From Deltaproteobacteria bacterium (lineage in GTDB: Bacteria > UBA10199 > JACPAL01): a stretch of 64,000 nucleotides of DNA. This document shows positions 47,545 to 57,156 of this stretch, in pieces. The stretch covers positions 673,707 through 737,706 of the forward strand of contig JACPAK010000001.1 of the NCBI GenBank assembly GCA_016180845.1, read 5' to 3'. Every line of letters starts with the position of its first letter. The first letter of the stretch is position 1. The position numbers and the translations under genes were made by a program. The notes beneath the pieces were generated by a model. That model saw nothing but the letters and a program-made list of their open reading frames with translations. It did not search any database and had not been told where the DNA came from.

Positions 47545-48736
47545 TGATGATTGTCTTACGCATCATCAAAGCGTCAGCAAAAAATTTTGCTGCCCAATTG
47601 GGAAATTGGATCGGTGCGTAACGGCCGTAGAGAGGGAAAGAACCCTTGATCGCTCCTCGGATTTCCGGGATATCAGAATTGATATCCTGGAAACAGGCTA
47701 GATAATCGATCGCATTCAAGGCGGCATTCATATAACGTTCATCTCCCATGATAAGATAAAGACGAAACCATATCATGGCAAACTGTGCAATTCCTGTCAG
47801 GCAATCAAAAGAATAAATAAAATATTTTATTTCCTTCCAGTTTGGATTGAACTGCGCTGGCAAGCGTCGAGAAATTTCGAATATTTTCATGACCTTATCA
47901 GCTGTTTTCAGGACAGAGTGCAGGTAACGTTCGTCCCTCAGATGTTGGTAGCCCGCCTGTAGCCCTTCGAGGGTATAGGCTATAGAGTGAGTGATCGGAT
48001 AGGGACGTTTCTTGAAAAAGAAACATCTCTCGAACCATCCGTTTTCTCTTTGACATGTGAGGACCCAATCCAATTTCTTTCGAGCAGATTCGCGATAAAC
48101 CTCGTCATGTACGAGCTCATAGAATTCCAGAAGAATCCATGCACAACGACTGTGATAAGTATGAGGAATAAAATCCAACGAAACTTTTCCCCACGTACCA
48201 TCTTTTTCTTGGTTGTTCACAAGAAAGTCGGCTGCCTTCTTTGCTGCCTGGAGGTATGTGTCCTTCTTGAGGAGCTTATAACTTGCGATAAATCCCTCAA
48301 GAACCATCGCGGTGTCAAAAACTTCTGGATAGGGGATCTTTTTGCCATGCTCATCACGCGCAATTTTCCGACCCACCTCGCCGCCGTAAATGGCTCCATT
48401 GGGTAATTGCACCTGAATGAGCCAGTTTGTTAATTCTTCGATCGTTGATTCAAGATCATGTCGTCCAGTTAAGTTAATGTAATCTATCAGGGTCGGGATA
48501 AGATAACCTGTCGTCTCAGGGAAGGGAGGAAGCCATCCAAAGAGTAGATGGAAGCCTTTGGAGGAACCATTTCCTTTCGTTGCCCGAATGCTCCTCAACA
48601 GCCACTCAATGGCTTCGTCCAGTCGTTTGTCATGGTGAAGGGGTGTCCCATTGGTTTCCCTCGGTGGCAGAAGAGACGAGAGGAAATCTTTTGTAACCAA
48701 TTGGAAAAGAAGTTTTGTTTGAGATAAGCGGTTCAT
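47501..48736 (-). CDS. Hypothetical protein, possibly an alpha/alpha-toroid fold
   Basis: A 411-aa ORF. KDGTWG and ENGWF resemble the repeats of six-hairpin/terpenoid-cyclase-like folds. Low certainty. Confidence 0.45.
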   Translation of the reverse strand: MNRLSQTKLLFQLVTKDFLSSLLPPRETNGTPLHHDKRLDEAIEWLLRSIRATKGNGSSKGFHLLFGWLPPFPETTGYLIPTLIDYINLTGRHDLESTIEELTNWLIQVQLPNGAIYGGEVGRKIARDEHGKKIPYPEVFDTAMVLEGFIASYKLLKKDTYLQAAKKAADFLVNNQEKDGTWGKVSLDFIPHTYHSRCAWILLEFYELVHDEVYRESARKKLDWVLTCQRENGWFERCFFFKKRPYPITHSIAYTLEGLQAGYQHLRDERYLHSVLKTADKVMKIFEISRRLPAQFNPNWKEIKYFIYSFDCLTGIAQFAMIWFRLYLIMGDERYMNAALNAIDYLACFQDINSDIPEIRGAIKGSFPLYGRYAPIQFPNWAAKFFADALMMRKTIISDYENSHPQPLPKS

Positions 48737-50913
48737 TAGAGGATAGCCGGGTTTAGAATTTCGTCCAGATTGATCGGAATCGGTTTGTTTTCACGTAACG
48801 CCTCTTCTATTTTAAAGGTAGTCAAACTTGTTGCGACGAGGTCCTCCAAAGGAATCGGGAGAGGGCCATTTTCTCTAAAAGTCTTCAAGACAAGTTTGAT
48901 TTCTTCCTCGTAGCCCATGTTGCGTGCCCATTTTCGCATTCGTCTTGATTTCCCTCCATGGGTTATCGAGGCTTGTTTAAAGTTATCGATGACAGCCACG
49001 CTATTCCTTCCAAAGATTTCTATTCTTTCACGGGGGAAGCTGGCATCACTATTAATGATGTAGGAGATACTTCCAACAGAGCCATTCTCAAAACAAATAG
49101 TGGCAAGCAAATTAGTCCTTTTCTCCGTGGGTGTTGCACCGAAAGTCTTTGCGTAGACAGAAGTTGGTTTGGAGGATGAGAAATAGATCAAAAGGTCTAC
49201 AAAATGGCAAACCTCTGCCAGTGTCATCCCACCTCCCTGCTTCCGGTCAAGGAGCCAATGGTTATCAGGCATTGCACCGACATTGATACGATAGTTTAGC
49301 ATGAGTGGACCTGCGACGGTTTTAAGATGAGACTTTATCCAAGTAGATAAAGGAGAGTATCGTCGATTATAACCTACACATAGCACCGCTGGATGCTTTT
49401 CCCAGGTTTTGACAATCCCTGTTAATTCTTCCTTTGTCAGCGCAAGTGGTTTCTCGACGAACACATGTTTGTTTTGATTGAGGGCATTTTCTACGAGCTG
49501 AGCATGAGAGTCATGTCTTGAAGTAATGAAGACGCCGTTTATTTCCTGCGAGTTCATAATGTCTTCAACATTGCAAGTGGCTTTCATAAAGCCAAATTTG
49601 CGCTGTGCATTATGGGAAGATGTCGATGTGGAATTGGAAACAGTATGGAGAGAGATTTCATCATTCTTTTTTAAAAGAGGCAGAAGGTACGCTTGGGCAA
49701 AGTTGCCTGCTCCAATCCAACCGATACAAGGTTTTTCTCCTTTTTTAGAGACTATTCTTTTGTGATTCAGAGCGCTAGAGGGGGGTAAAACAACCTTCCG
49801 TTCATATTCGAAAATAGCCCCTAAGATAGATGATGATTGAGAAAGAGATTCATAGGCCTGTTTGGATTCTTCAATTCTAAAACGATGTGTAATCAGCGGT
49901 TCAGGATCCAACTTTCCGGTCTGAATAAGATTAATAGCCTCCTGAATATTTCGACCGCTTGTCCAACGGACGTAACTAAACGGATAATCATGGCCATGGA
50001 TGGTATACTCTGGATCATAATATCCAGGGCCAAATGAACGGGCCATCTTCAGTGTGAGTTCCTTTTCCCAATAATCTTTACGCGGGAATTCGGTTGGGAT
50101 GACTCCTGCAACTATGACCTTCCCTTTTTCTCTGCAGTATTTTCCGGCTTGTATCAAAGGGGCTTTATCTTCTGATGAGGCCATAACGAGAACCGCATCG
50201 ACACCGTACCCACCAGAAAAATCTTGAACCTGTTCGACAGATTTTTCAGAGCTTAAGCAGACCCTTTCTGCACCAGCTGTGATGGCACGCCGACAGCGAT
50301 CCTCGTCTATATCGATACCAATGACATGACAACCCGATGCATTGAGGATCTGCGTGGTCAGCAGGCCTAACAAGCCAAGTCCAATGACGGCGACCTTGTC
50401 TCCAATAGAACATTCTGATTGGCGGACCGCTTGGAGTGCAATTGCGATGAGGGGAGCGAAAGCTGCGTGTTCAAATTTCATGTTTGTGGGAATGAGGTGA
50501 CAAAGAAATTGAGGCGCCCACACGACTTCCGCATGACTTCCGATGCCTTCGCCGGCACAGACGACGCTATCTCCTTCTTTGAACCCGGTTACTTCTTGCC
50601 CAACATAAATCACGGTTCCTGAGGAACAATATCCAAGGGGATAGAGGGTATCCAAACGGGTCATGACCTTTTTAAAAGTTGCTATGGGTCCTTCTTGACG
50701 AAGGGTTTGTAAAACTTGTTTTAACTGTTCCGGTCTTTGACGGGCTTTTTGAAAAAAATTGCTTTTGGCCAGCTGAACCGTACCTCTTTCTGTTCCCGGG
50801 CTGATGACCGAGCAGTTATTAGCGACAAGGACACCATTCTCTTTACAAAATGGAATAGGGACTTCCTCTGTAGAAACGTCACCGTTTAAGTAATTTATCA
50901 GGACCTGCTTCAT
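48736..50913 (-). CDS. Fusion protein: zinc-type alcohol dehydrogenase (MDR) N-domain plus Gfo/Idh/MocA oxidoreductase C-domain
   Basis: The N-terminal half has MDR features (GHDYP..., GLGLLGLLT Rossmann motif). The C-terminal half has the Gfo/Idh/MocA Rossmann motif (IGWIGAGNFA) and VFVEKP. Confidence 0.7.
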   Translation of the reverse strand: MKQVLINYLNGDVSTEEVPIPFCKENGVLVANNCSVISPGTERGTVQLAKSNFFQKARQRPEQLKQVLQTLRQEGPIATFKKVMTRLDTLYPLGYCSSGTVIYVGQEVTGFKEGDSVVCAGEGIGSHAEVVWAPQFLCHLIPTNMKFEHAAFAPLIAIALQAVRQSECSIGDKVAVIGLGLLGLLTTQILNASGCHVIGIDIDEDRCRRAITAGAERVCLSSEKSVEQVQDFSGGYGVDAVLVMASSEDKAPLIQAGKYCREKGKVIVAGVIPTEFPRKDYWEKELTLKMARSFGPGYYDPEYTIHGHDYPFSYVRWTSGRNIQEAINLIQTGKLDPEPLITHRFRIEESKQAYESLSQSSSILGAIFEYERKVVLPPSSALNHKRIVSKKGEKPCIGWIGAGNFAQAYLLPLLKKNDEISLHTVSNSTSTSSHNAQRKFGFMKATCNVEDIMNSQEINGVFITSRHDSHAQLVENALNQNKHVFVEKPLALTKEELTGIVKTWEKHPAVLCVGYNRRYSPLSTWIKSHLKTVAGPLMLNYRINVGAMPDNHWLLDRKQGGGMTLAEVCHFVDLLIYFSSSKPTSVYAKTFGATPTEKRTNLLATICFENGSVGSISYIINSDASFPRERIEIFGRNSVAVIDNFKQASITHGGKSRRMRKWARNMGYEEEIKLVLKTFRENGPLPIPLEDLVATSLTTFKIEEALRENKPIPINLDEILNPAIL

Positions 50914-51980
50914 TTTTTTTCGAAATCTGATTCGTGATCTTTGTGTATAAATTGGAATCGACGAGGATCAAGCCCAATCTGAGAGGGATTTGACCAAACT
51001 TCCCAAGATTCTTCAGCCAATCCCGATCTAATCAAGGTTCCCTGAGAGGAGGCTTCTTTTGCAAGCCATTGCATATTCTTTTGAAGATTCTTGGATAAAA
51101 GGGCCAGCATATTAGTCACGAGGATCAGCGGAACAGGTTTTTGGTTTTTTGATTCAAATTGAGAGCGAACAGCCGTCTGGAAAAAGTTGGGGGTGTTGTC
51201 GAGTTTTAGGGGAATTCCCTGGCGTCTTCTCTTCCAGTTGTATCGGGGACCCAAATTTCCCACTTTCCACAAATCCCCAAGGGTCGCTTTGACTCGAGCC
51301 CATTGGTTTTTCACAATAGTGCATGGAACCTCCAGGATGTTCAGGGCCGGCTCATTAGGATAGGCGGTAGGTCTTCTATAATCAAAGGTAGAGGGGTGAT
51401 AAGGGATCTTTGGTGAAATCTCCCAATCGCAGGCACCTACTTCGGGCTTATGACGTTTATGAGAGATGGTATATAATCCAGGGACTGCAGAAAGATCAAT
51501 CTTAACCCCAAGAGAGGCAAGCTGCTTCATTGAAGCCTGTGTCAGGCCATTCCAACCAAAGTAGGAGGTTTGCGGAGAGGTAAGTGTGTTCTTAAAAGCC
51601 TCATGAGATTGAGACATGAGCTCAATCAAATCCCCTGAATCGTCTTGAGACCACTCTCCATTTGTTAGATTCGTTGGATAAAAGAGCCAGCCGATTTCAT
51701 CACCAGAATCCTTCACTTGCTTCCAGAGTTTTTCAAACTTCTTGAGAGGCCATGCTGAGTCGCCATGAGTCATTTCCACATGACGATCTGTACGGATGAG
51801 CCAGGTAAATTTAAATTGGAAGCCCATTTCTTCCCCAATCATTCTTTTCAATTGAAGAGCTGACTGAATACACTTCTCCGTGGAGTTCCAATATCGACTA
51901 TCCTCTCCGGGACTTGAGAGGCGTCCGTTAGATACAGGATCACACAAGAAACAGGCAATAATATAATGTGAGGGATTCAT
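50910..51980 (-). CDS. Hypothetical protein (356 aa)
   Basis: An ORF within the operon. There are no recognisable motifs. Confidence 0.5.
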   Translation of the reverse strand: MNPSHYIIACFLCDPVSNGRLSSPGEDSRYWNSTEKCIQSALQLKRMIGEEMGFQFKFTWLIRTDRHVEMTHGDSAWPLKKFEKLWKQVKDSGDEIGWLFYPTNLTNGEWSQDDSGDLIELMSQSHEAFKNTLTSPQTSYFGWNGLTQASMKQLASLGVKIDLSAVPGLYTISHKRHKPEVGACDWEISPKIPYHPSTFDYRRPTAYPNEPALNILEVPCTIVKNQWARVKATLGDLWKVGNLGPRYNWKRRRQGIPLKLDNTPNFFQTAVRSQFESKNQKPVPLILVTNMLALLSKNLQKNMQWLAKEASSQGTLIRSGLAEESWEVWSNPSQIGLDPRRFQFIHKDHESDFEKK

Positions 51981-52007
51981 GCCTTACGAATTAATTAATA
52001 CCTTAGT

Positions 52008-53474
52008 TTAGGCAGCTGATTCAAGTCGAGGCAAATAAGTATCGCTTGTTTTTGCTGCGTCACCACCGCTGAACTTCCGGAGGACAATATAAAGAAACCG
52101 CTTGAGCCATGTAGGCATCTTGGTCCGAAACTTAACAAAGAGTTCGTAATTTGTATCCAGGAGTAAAAGTATGAAGGCCTCCAAGGGCTTTGTCTTTCTC
52201 ATCACGCGGAAGCGAAACAGCTTCTTTTGCCAAACGATTTCTCGTGGCGTCATATAGGGATATTTCATAATTGACGTGAGCTTGTGCGAAACCGGCATAA
52301 TGTCCGTTGTCATCCAGCCCTGATCACGTGACAGGGTGTGGAGATCCGTCCCCTGGTAAGGCTGAAAAATAGAGACCTGAAGATAGTCTGGCTCGCATTC
52401 ACGATTAACCTTAATCGTCTCCCAAATGTCTCTTTCGGTTTCATAGGGCGATCCGACGATATTATACGAATTCGTCTTAAGTTTGAATTTCTTTGCCGCC
52501 TTGAAAGTTCGGATAATATGCTCATTGCTCATATCACGACGCATTAGTGAGCGCCTCAAGGTCTGACTGCCTGTCTCAATACCCATGTTAAGACCACTAC
52601 ACCCCGCCTTTGCAAGCATCTCCGCCATCTTTTCATCCATCGCCTCGACACGTCCATTGCAGATGAATGGGATTCCACATTCCTTCGGAAATTTTTCTGA
52701 GAATTCTGCAATGAATGGTTTGGCGAGGGCGAAGACGTCATCTTGAAAGCTGACCATTTTAACGCGACCCTTGTATTTTTCCTGAAGATACTTGACCTCA
52801 GCGATGATGTTATCAACGCTTCTAAAACGAACTTGTTTCCTCGATTCCTCGTTAATTTCATGAAGCTTTGGGATAATGCAGTACGTGCATTTGTAGGGGC
52901 AGCCTCGTCCCGCTATCATATCAAGATTTCCACCTGAGGTGTTGATATAGGTCTCCATGTTCCAAAGGTCACGATCAGGGAAGGGAAGTTTGTCAAGATT
53001 CATTTCCAAGAGTGAGACACAATTCGAAACGATCTCCCCATTTTCCTTTTTAAACCAGAAATTAGGGGTGTCATAATAATCGCGCTCGTTCTGCATATGA
53101 TCAAGAAGTTGGCGAACAGACTCCTCTGCTTCTCCAACGCAGGCCATGTCCACTTCGTCATATTGGAGGGAATCTTTTGGTGCGACAGTCGCATGAGAAG
53201 CTCCGAACATGATCTTGATTGATTTGTCTAAGCGCTTAATGGCACGAGCAATTTCCAACGAAAACATGAGGTCACCACTTGTCAGTGAAAACCCGACAAG
53301 ATGAGGCTTGAATTCCTCACATTTGTTAATACAATCTTGAACGGTTCCCCCCCATGTATAATCGATGAGTGCCGTTTCGTGACCAAACTGCTTAACGTAC
53401 GAAGAAATATAGGATAATCCAAGAGAAACATTCTCCTGATGAATCTGATTTGGGTAAACAAAAAGTAATCTCAT
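52008..53474 (-). CDS. B12-binding-domain radical SAM enzyme
   Basis: The N-terminal region is cobalamin-binding-like. The radical-SAM CxxxCxxC motif is present (GRGCPYKCTYC). Confidence 0.8.
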   Translation of the reverse strand: MRLLFVYPNQIHQENVSLGLSYISSYVKQFGHETALIDYTWGGTVQDCINKCEEFKPHLVGFSLTSGDLMFSLEIARAIKRLDKSIKIMFGASHATVAPKDSLQYDEVDMACVGEAEESVRQLLDHMQNERDYYDTPNFWFKKENGEIVSNCVSLLEMNLDKLPFPDRDLWNMETYINTSGGNLDMIAGRGCPYKCTYCIIPKLHEINEESRKQVRFRSVDNIIAEVKYLQEKYKGRVKMVSFQDDVFALAKPFIAEFSEKFPKECGIPFICNGRVEAMDEKMAEMLAKAGCSGLNMGIETGSQTLRRSLMRRDMSNEHIIRTFKAAKKFKLKTNSYNIVGSPYETERDIWETIKVNRECEPDYLQVSIFQPYQGTDLHTLSRDQGWMTTDIMPVSHKLTSIMKYPYMTPREIVWQKKLFRFRVMRKTKPLEAFILLLLDTNYELFVKFRTKMPTWLKRFLYIVLRKFSGGDAAKTSDTYLPRLESAA

Positions 53475-53489
53475 GTCTCCTCCTTGAGG

Positions 53490-54710
53490 TTATAAGTGCC
53501 TAGGCAAAGGTATAACAGCTTCATTTAAAAAAGCGAGTTTTTTTAAATAACTTTCTTCATATCTCTGCCTTTCCACCAAAAGGGTGGATGATGAGGCAAA
53601 CTGATGATTGGAGGGTGAAAGATCGAAGATTTTCTGTTTGCCTTCGCTTCTTAAGATCTTGAGAGAGATTTTAGCGACCTGAACGGGATCAAGCTGTGTG
53701 AGACAGCTTCGCTCAGGGCAAACATTTGAAAAACCGGTATCGAAACAAGGACTACAGGGGAGATCGACCCTGACGGAGTATCCTTTTTCTCCAAAGGGGC
53801 CTGTTTGACGAGGATTCGTTGGACCTATCACGGCAAGCGTCTTGACCCCTTTTGAGGCAGCGAGATGGATCAAAGATGAGTCGTTTCCTATAAAAAGATG
53901 TAATTTCTCAAACAGAAGAGAGCATTCAGTCAGGGAAATATTTGAAACAACTGTAGACCGATCAGGTATCTGGTTCGTAATGCTTTTAAGAATTTCTTCC
54001 TCCGGAGGAGTTCCAAAAATTAGGAAATGGGCATCAATTTCTTTAGATAATTCAAGCGCGACTTGAGAAAATTTTTCCGTTCCCCATCTCCTGGTTTTAT
54101 TCCAGAGAAGATTTCCACCGGGATGAATTCCGATCAGGATCTGATCTTTTGGCAGCGGCAATAAATTTCCCCCGCCATTGGAAGAGGTTTCTAAAATAAA
54201 AGGGAGCGACGACTCAGATATTTTTACTCCGGATGCCCTGAGCAGGTCAAGATTTCTATCAACAAAATGATCCTTCCGTCTGAAAGGGATTATTCTTAAG
54301 AATTTCAGGATTTTTATCCGATTCCACCAGGTTGGCCCAATGTGAATAAATGTCTTTTGAGCACCCAAGAAGCAGGAGAGCAGCATCTTTTTTGATGTTG
54401 TTACCGCAAATGGCCAAAAACAGAGGCCATATTTTTCCCGGCGTATTTTGAGAAGGCAACTGAAAAGCTCGAAGAAATTCTTCCAGAGAGGTTTCCTCTT
54501 GTTCGAAGGGAGCCATTTTTGCCAGGGGAAAACGATAATCTTGTCAATTCTTTTTTCTTTTTTTAGTAAGTCGTCACATCCGTTGGGTGGTGTCAGAAGA
54601 TGAATTTTCGAGAGGGGATAATTTTTTTTCAACACGTGAAGCGAGGGGAGGAAAAAGAGTGAATCTCCGATGCCACACAAGGCGCAGATAAGTATTTTTT
54701 CTGTTTTCAT
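53490..54710 (-). CDS. Glycosyltransferase family 9 (heptosyltransferase-like)
   Basis: CALCGIGDSLFFLP at the N-terminus and the GPTNPRQTGPFG region are typical of RfaF/RfaC-like GT9 enzymes. Confidence 0.7.
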   Translation of the reverse strand: MKTEKILICALCGIGDSLFFLPSLHVLKKNYPLSKIHLLTPPNGCDDLLKKEKRIDKIIVFPWQKWLPSNKRKPLWKNFFELFSCLLKIRREKYGLCFWPFAVTTSKKMLLSCFLGAQKTFIHIGPTWWNRIKILKFLRIIPFRRKDHFVDRNLDLLRASGVKISESSLPFILETSSNGGGNLLPLPKDQILIGIHPGGNLLWNKTRRWGTEKFSQVALELSKEIDAHFLIFGTPPEEEILKSITNQIPDRSTVVSNISLTECSLLFEKLHLFIGNDSSLIHLAASKGVKTLAVIGPTNPRQTGPFGEKGYSVRVDLPCSPCFDTGFSNVCPERSCLTQLDPVQVAKISLKILRSEGKQKIFDLSPSNHQFASSSTLLVERQRYEESYLKKLAFLNEAVIPLPRHL

Positions 54711-56143
54711 GATGAGGAACTTCTCGACTCGTCTAGAAAAGATTGAACCTGTTCAGCCATGCGTCTCCCTGACTGTCCATCTAGAAAGGTTGCTTGCTCA
54801 AGAATCATCTTCTTTCGCTCATTTTCATTCAGTCGAGGATTTTTAAGAAATTGATTAATAGCACTGATTAATTCAGTCTTGTTTTCCACAAGGCGTATAC
54901 CCCCAGACTTTACGAGTGGTTGGTAATGAGTATAGTCGTAAAATCGTCGTACCGACTCTAAATAAGGTTTTTGATCTTGGCCATCAAAGGCGATACAAAT
55001 AGTCGGCTTGCCAAAAATAGCGGCATCGAGGCTGACGGTTGACCAAACGTTAATAACGAGATCAGCTGCGAAAAGAAGTTCTGCAAAGTGTTCGGTGTCT
55101 CCGTTGCCATTTTGCCAACCTGACGAATTGGATAACGCTGCATAAGCAATACTGGGTTGATCGAAGAGGACATCAGGACGATCCTGAGCCATTTTCTGGA
55201 TTGATGATGTATCATGCCCCGGATGGTTGCGAATCATGAGATAGGATGGCATCTGAATGTCTCTTTGGTCAAACGCTTCAAGAAGAATTGAGATAATCTC
55301 GTCTTGATGGGGGAGGACAACAGGATTGCCGGCGGCATAAAGGATCAATTTCTTCGAAGGATCAAGATGATATCGTGCGAAAAAGCTCTCTCTCGACCTT
55401 GTCCCATTGCGAATATAAGAATCAAACTGGGGGATGCCAGAAATAGAGATATCATTTGGCGAATATCCATAAAATCGGATCAGCTGATCTTTTAGAATTT
55501 CATTCCATACCAGGATTTTGTTAAAGCGGACAGGGAACGTACGGCCGCAGCGCGGCTTTTTGGAGCCAACTCCCGCCATCCCTGTTTTTGTTGTGAGTGT
55601 ATCCCAGCTGTGGATACCTACGATGATTGGAACGTTTTGCTTCTTAGCAAAGCAAGCAAGGAAGATTTCTTGTAAGGCTATAGAATGCGTTAGCATAATC
55701 GCATCAGGGGAATATTGCTGAAAGAGCTGGGTGTAGTAACGACTGCGAGTCATCCAGAGCTGTAGAGAATGAAGCAAAGCAAGGAAACGAGGACGGGCAA
55801 AAAACCAGCCGAAGATCATTCGTATTTGGTAAATCCAAGGATTCGTCCTGCGAAGAGATTTCTTCATCAAATCAAGAGAGACAATGTTCATTCGTTGCGT
55901 GAAATAATAGGACTCTAGGCAATCAAGTATCTTCCGAAAAACTTTATAGAATAAGGAATAGTCGGATTGGGGCATTTCGATAGAGACATGAGACCCATGA
56001 AACTCTTTGCGGAAAGAGGGGTCGTTAGCCAATGGAGTCAGAACAACAAGCCGAACTTTGCTTCTGAGGATCGCGAACATGTCCGATCTTAGATAGTTTC
56101 TGGCGGACATCCCATAAGGTAAACTTAAGAAGAGAGTTTTCAT
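54707..56143 (-). CDS. Hypothetical GT-B-like transferase (TagF/KpsS-like). Paralog of 59361..60776.
   Basis: It shares N-terminal (SLPYGMSARN) and C-terminal (FDG...PY..SVR..YD..HYQP) blocks with the paralog. Confidence 0.5.
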   Translation of the reverse strand: MKTLFLSLPYGMSARNYLRSDMFAILRSKVRLVVLTPLANDPSFRKEFHGSHVSIEMPQSDYSLFYKVFRKILDCLESYYFTQRMNIVSLDLMKKSLRRTNPWIYQIRMIFGWFFARPRFLALLHSLQLWMTRSRYYTQLFQQYSPDAIMLTHSIALQEIFLACFAKKQNVPIIVGIHSWDTLTTKTGMAGVGSKKPRCGRTFPVRFNKILVWNEILKDQLIRFYGYSPNDISISGIPQFDSYIRNGTRSRESFFARYHLDPSKKLILYAAGNPVVLPHQDEIISILLEAFDQRDIQMPSYLMIRNHPGHDTSSIQKMAQDRPDVLFDQPSIAYAALSNSSGWQNGNGDTEHFAELLFAADLVINVWSTVSLDAAIFGKPTICIAFDGQDQKPYLESVRRFYDYTHYQPLVKSGGIRLVENKTELISAINQFLKNPRLNENERKKMILEQATFLDGQSGRRMAEQVQSFLDESRSSSS

Positions 56144-56151
56144 GTTGCTCT

Positions 56152-57156
56152 TTAGTGTCGAGAAAGAAACTTCGGATCGAGGAGCTTTGGATTGATCTGC
56201 TCCGGAAGAATAAAGAACACATTCATTTTATTATAGTATTTACAGTTTTCGCGAGGTCTCAGAAGGCGACCCCGGCGGTCAGGATAAGAGGCGACATAAC
56301 CGAAAGGTTGCAACCGGTCATGGATGATACCCTCTTTTTTGTTTGAACATTCGATAATCAATGCCTTCGGTCTCCAACCGTTCGTATTTAAAAGACTCAG
56401 CATTCCCTCGACAACCTCGACTTCATATCCTTCAACGTCAATTTTGACGACGGTGTCTTCAGCAAGTGTGAGAAAAGTATCTTTCTTTAAGTGAAGGAGA
56501 AGAGACGACATGTCCTTGGTCTCAACCTGAATTTCGGTTTTTACGGAGAATTTTCTCTGAATAAGATCCTTAGAAAAGGAACGGTTTCGGTCGACATAGC
56601 GTTCCCAGCGTTGCAGACTTCCGCCGCCGTCATTCAGAGGATTTCTATGAAAAGTGGCGGTACCCGTCTGATTGGAGATACCAATGTTTAAGGCCAAAAT
56701 ATTATCAAATCTATTTTCCTGAAGATTCCTTTTTAAAGATTCATAATTTCGGGGATCTGCTTCTAAGGAAAGAACCTTACCTGTCGGCCCAACCAGGGAA
56801 GAGGTGGCCAACGAATAGTAACCGTGATGAGCCCCAACATCGATAAAACAATCACCCGGATTTAAAATTAAAGGTAGCTTAAGGGTAATTTCGGGTTCGT
56901 AAATTTTCGAAAAATAGAGATGTCTTTGGCTTTTTTCATTGAGGTTTAGGCGCATGCTAAATTGCTCAAAAAATCTTCTCTGGGTCAAAAAAGGGCGTTG
57001 ATTTGGTTTTCGATAGGGATGAGTCAATCTAAGAATGAATGCCCCCAACCAATGTCCTAAAGGGAAAGGGAGGCGAACAATGAAAAAGAGAACAAGTGTA
57101 CTCAGATGCTTTTTGAAAAACTGAAAAAACATTTCCTTAGAGGCAGTAACCGTCAC
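56152..57156 (-). CDS. FkbM-family methyltransferase
   Basis: DVGAHHGYYS is the FkbM/SAM-binding motif. Confidence 0.7.
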   Translation of the reverse strand: MTVTASKEMFFQFFKKHLSTLVLFFIVRLPFPLGHWLGAFILRLTHPYRKPNQRPFLTQRRFFEQFSMRLNLNEKSQRHLYFSKIYEPEITLKLPLILNPGDCFIDVGAHHGYYSLATSSLVGPTGKVLSLEADPRNYESLKRNLQENRFDNILALNIGISNQTGTATFHRNPLNDGGGSLQRWERYVDRNRSFSKDLIQRKFSVKTEIQVETKDMSSLLLHLKKDTFLTLAEDTVVKIDVEGYEVEVVEGMLSLLNTNGWRPKALIIECSNKKEGIIHDRLQPFGYVASYPDRRGRLLRPRENCKYYNKMNVFFILPEQINPKLLDPKFLSRH

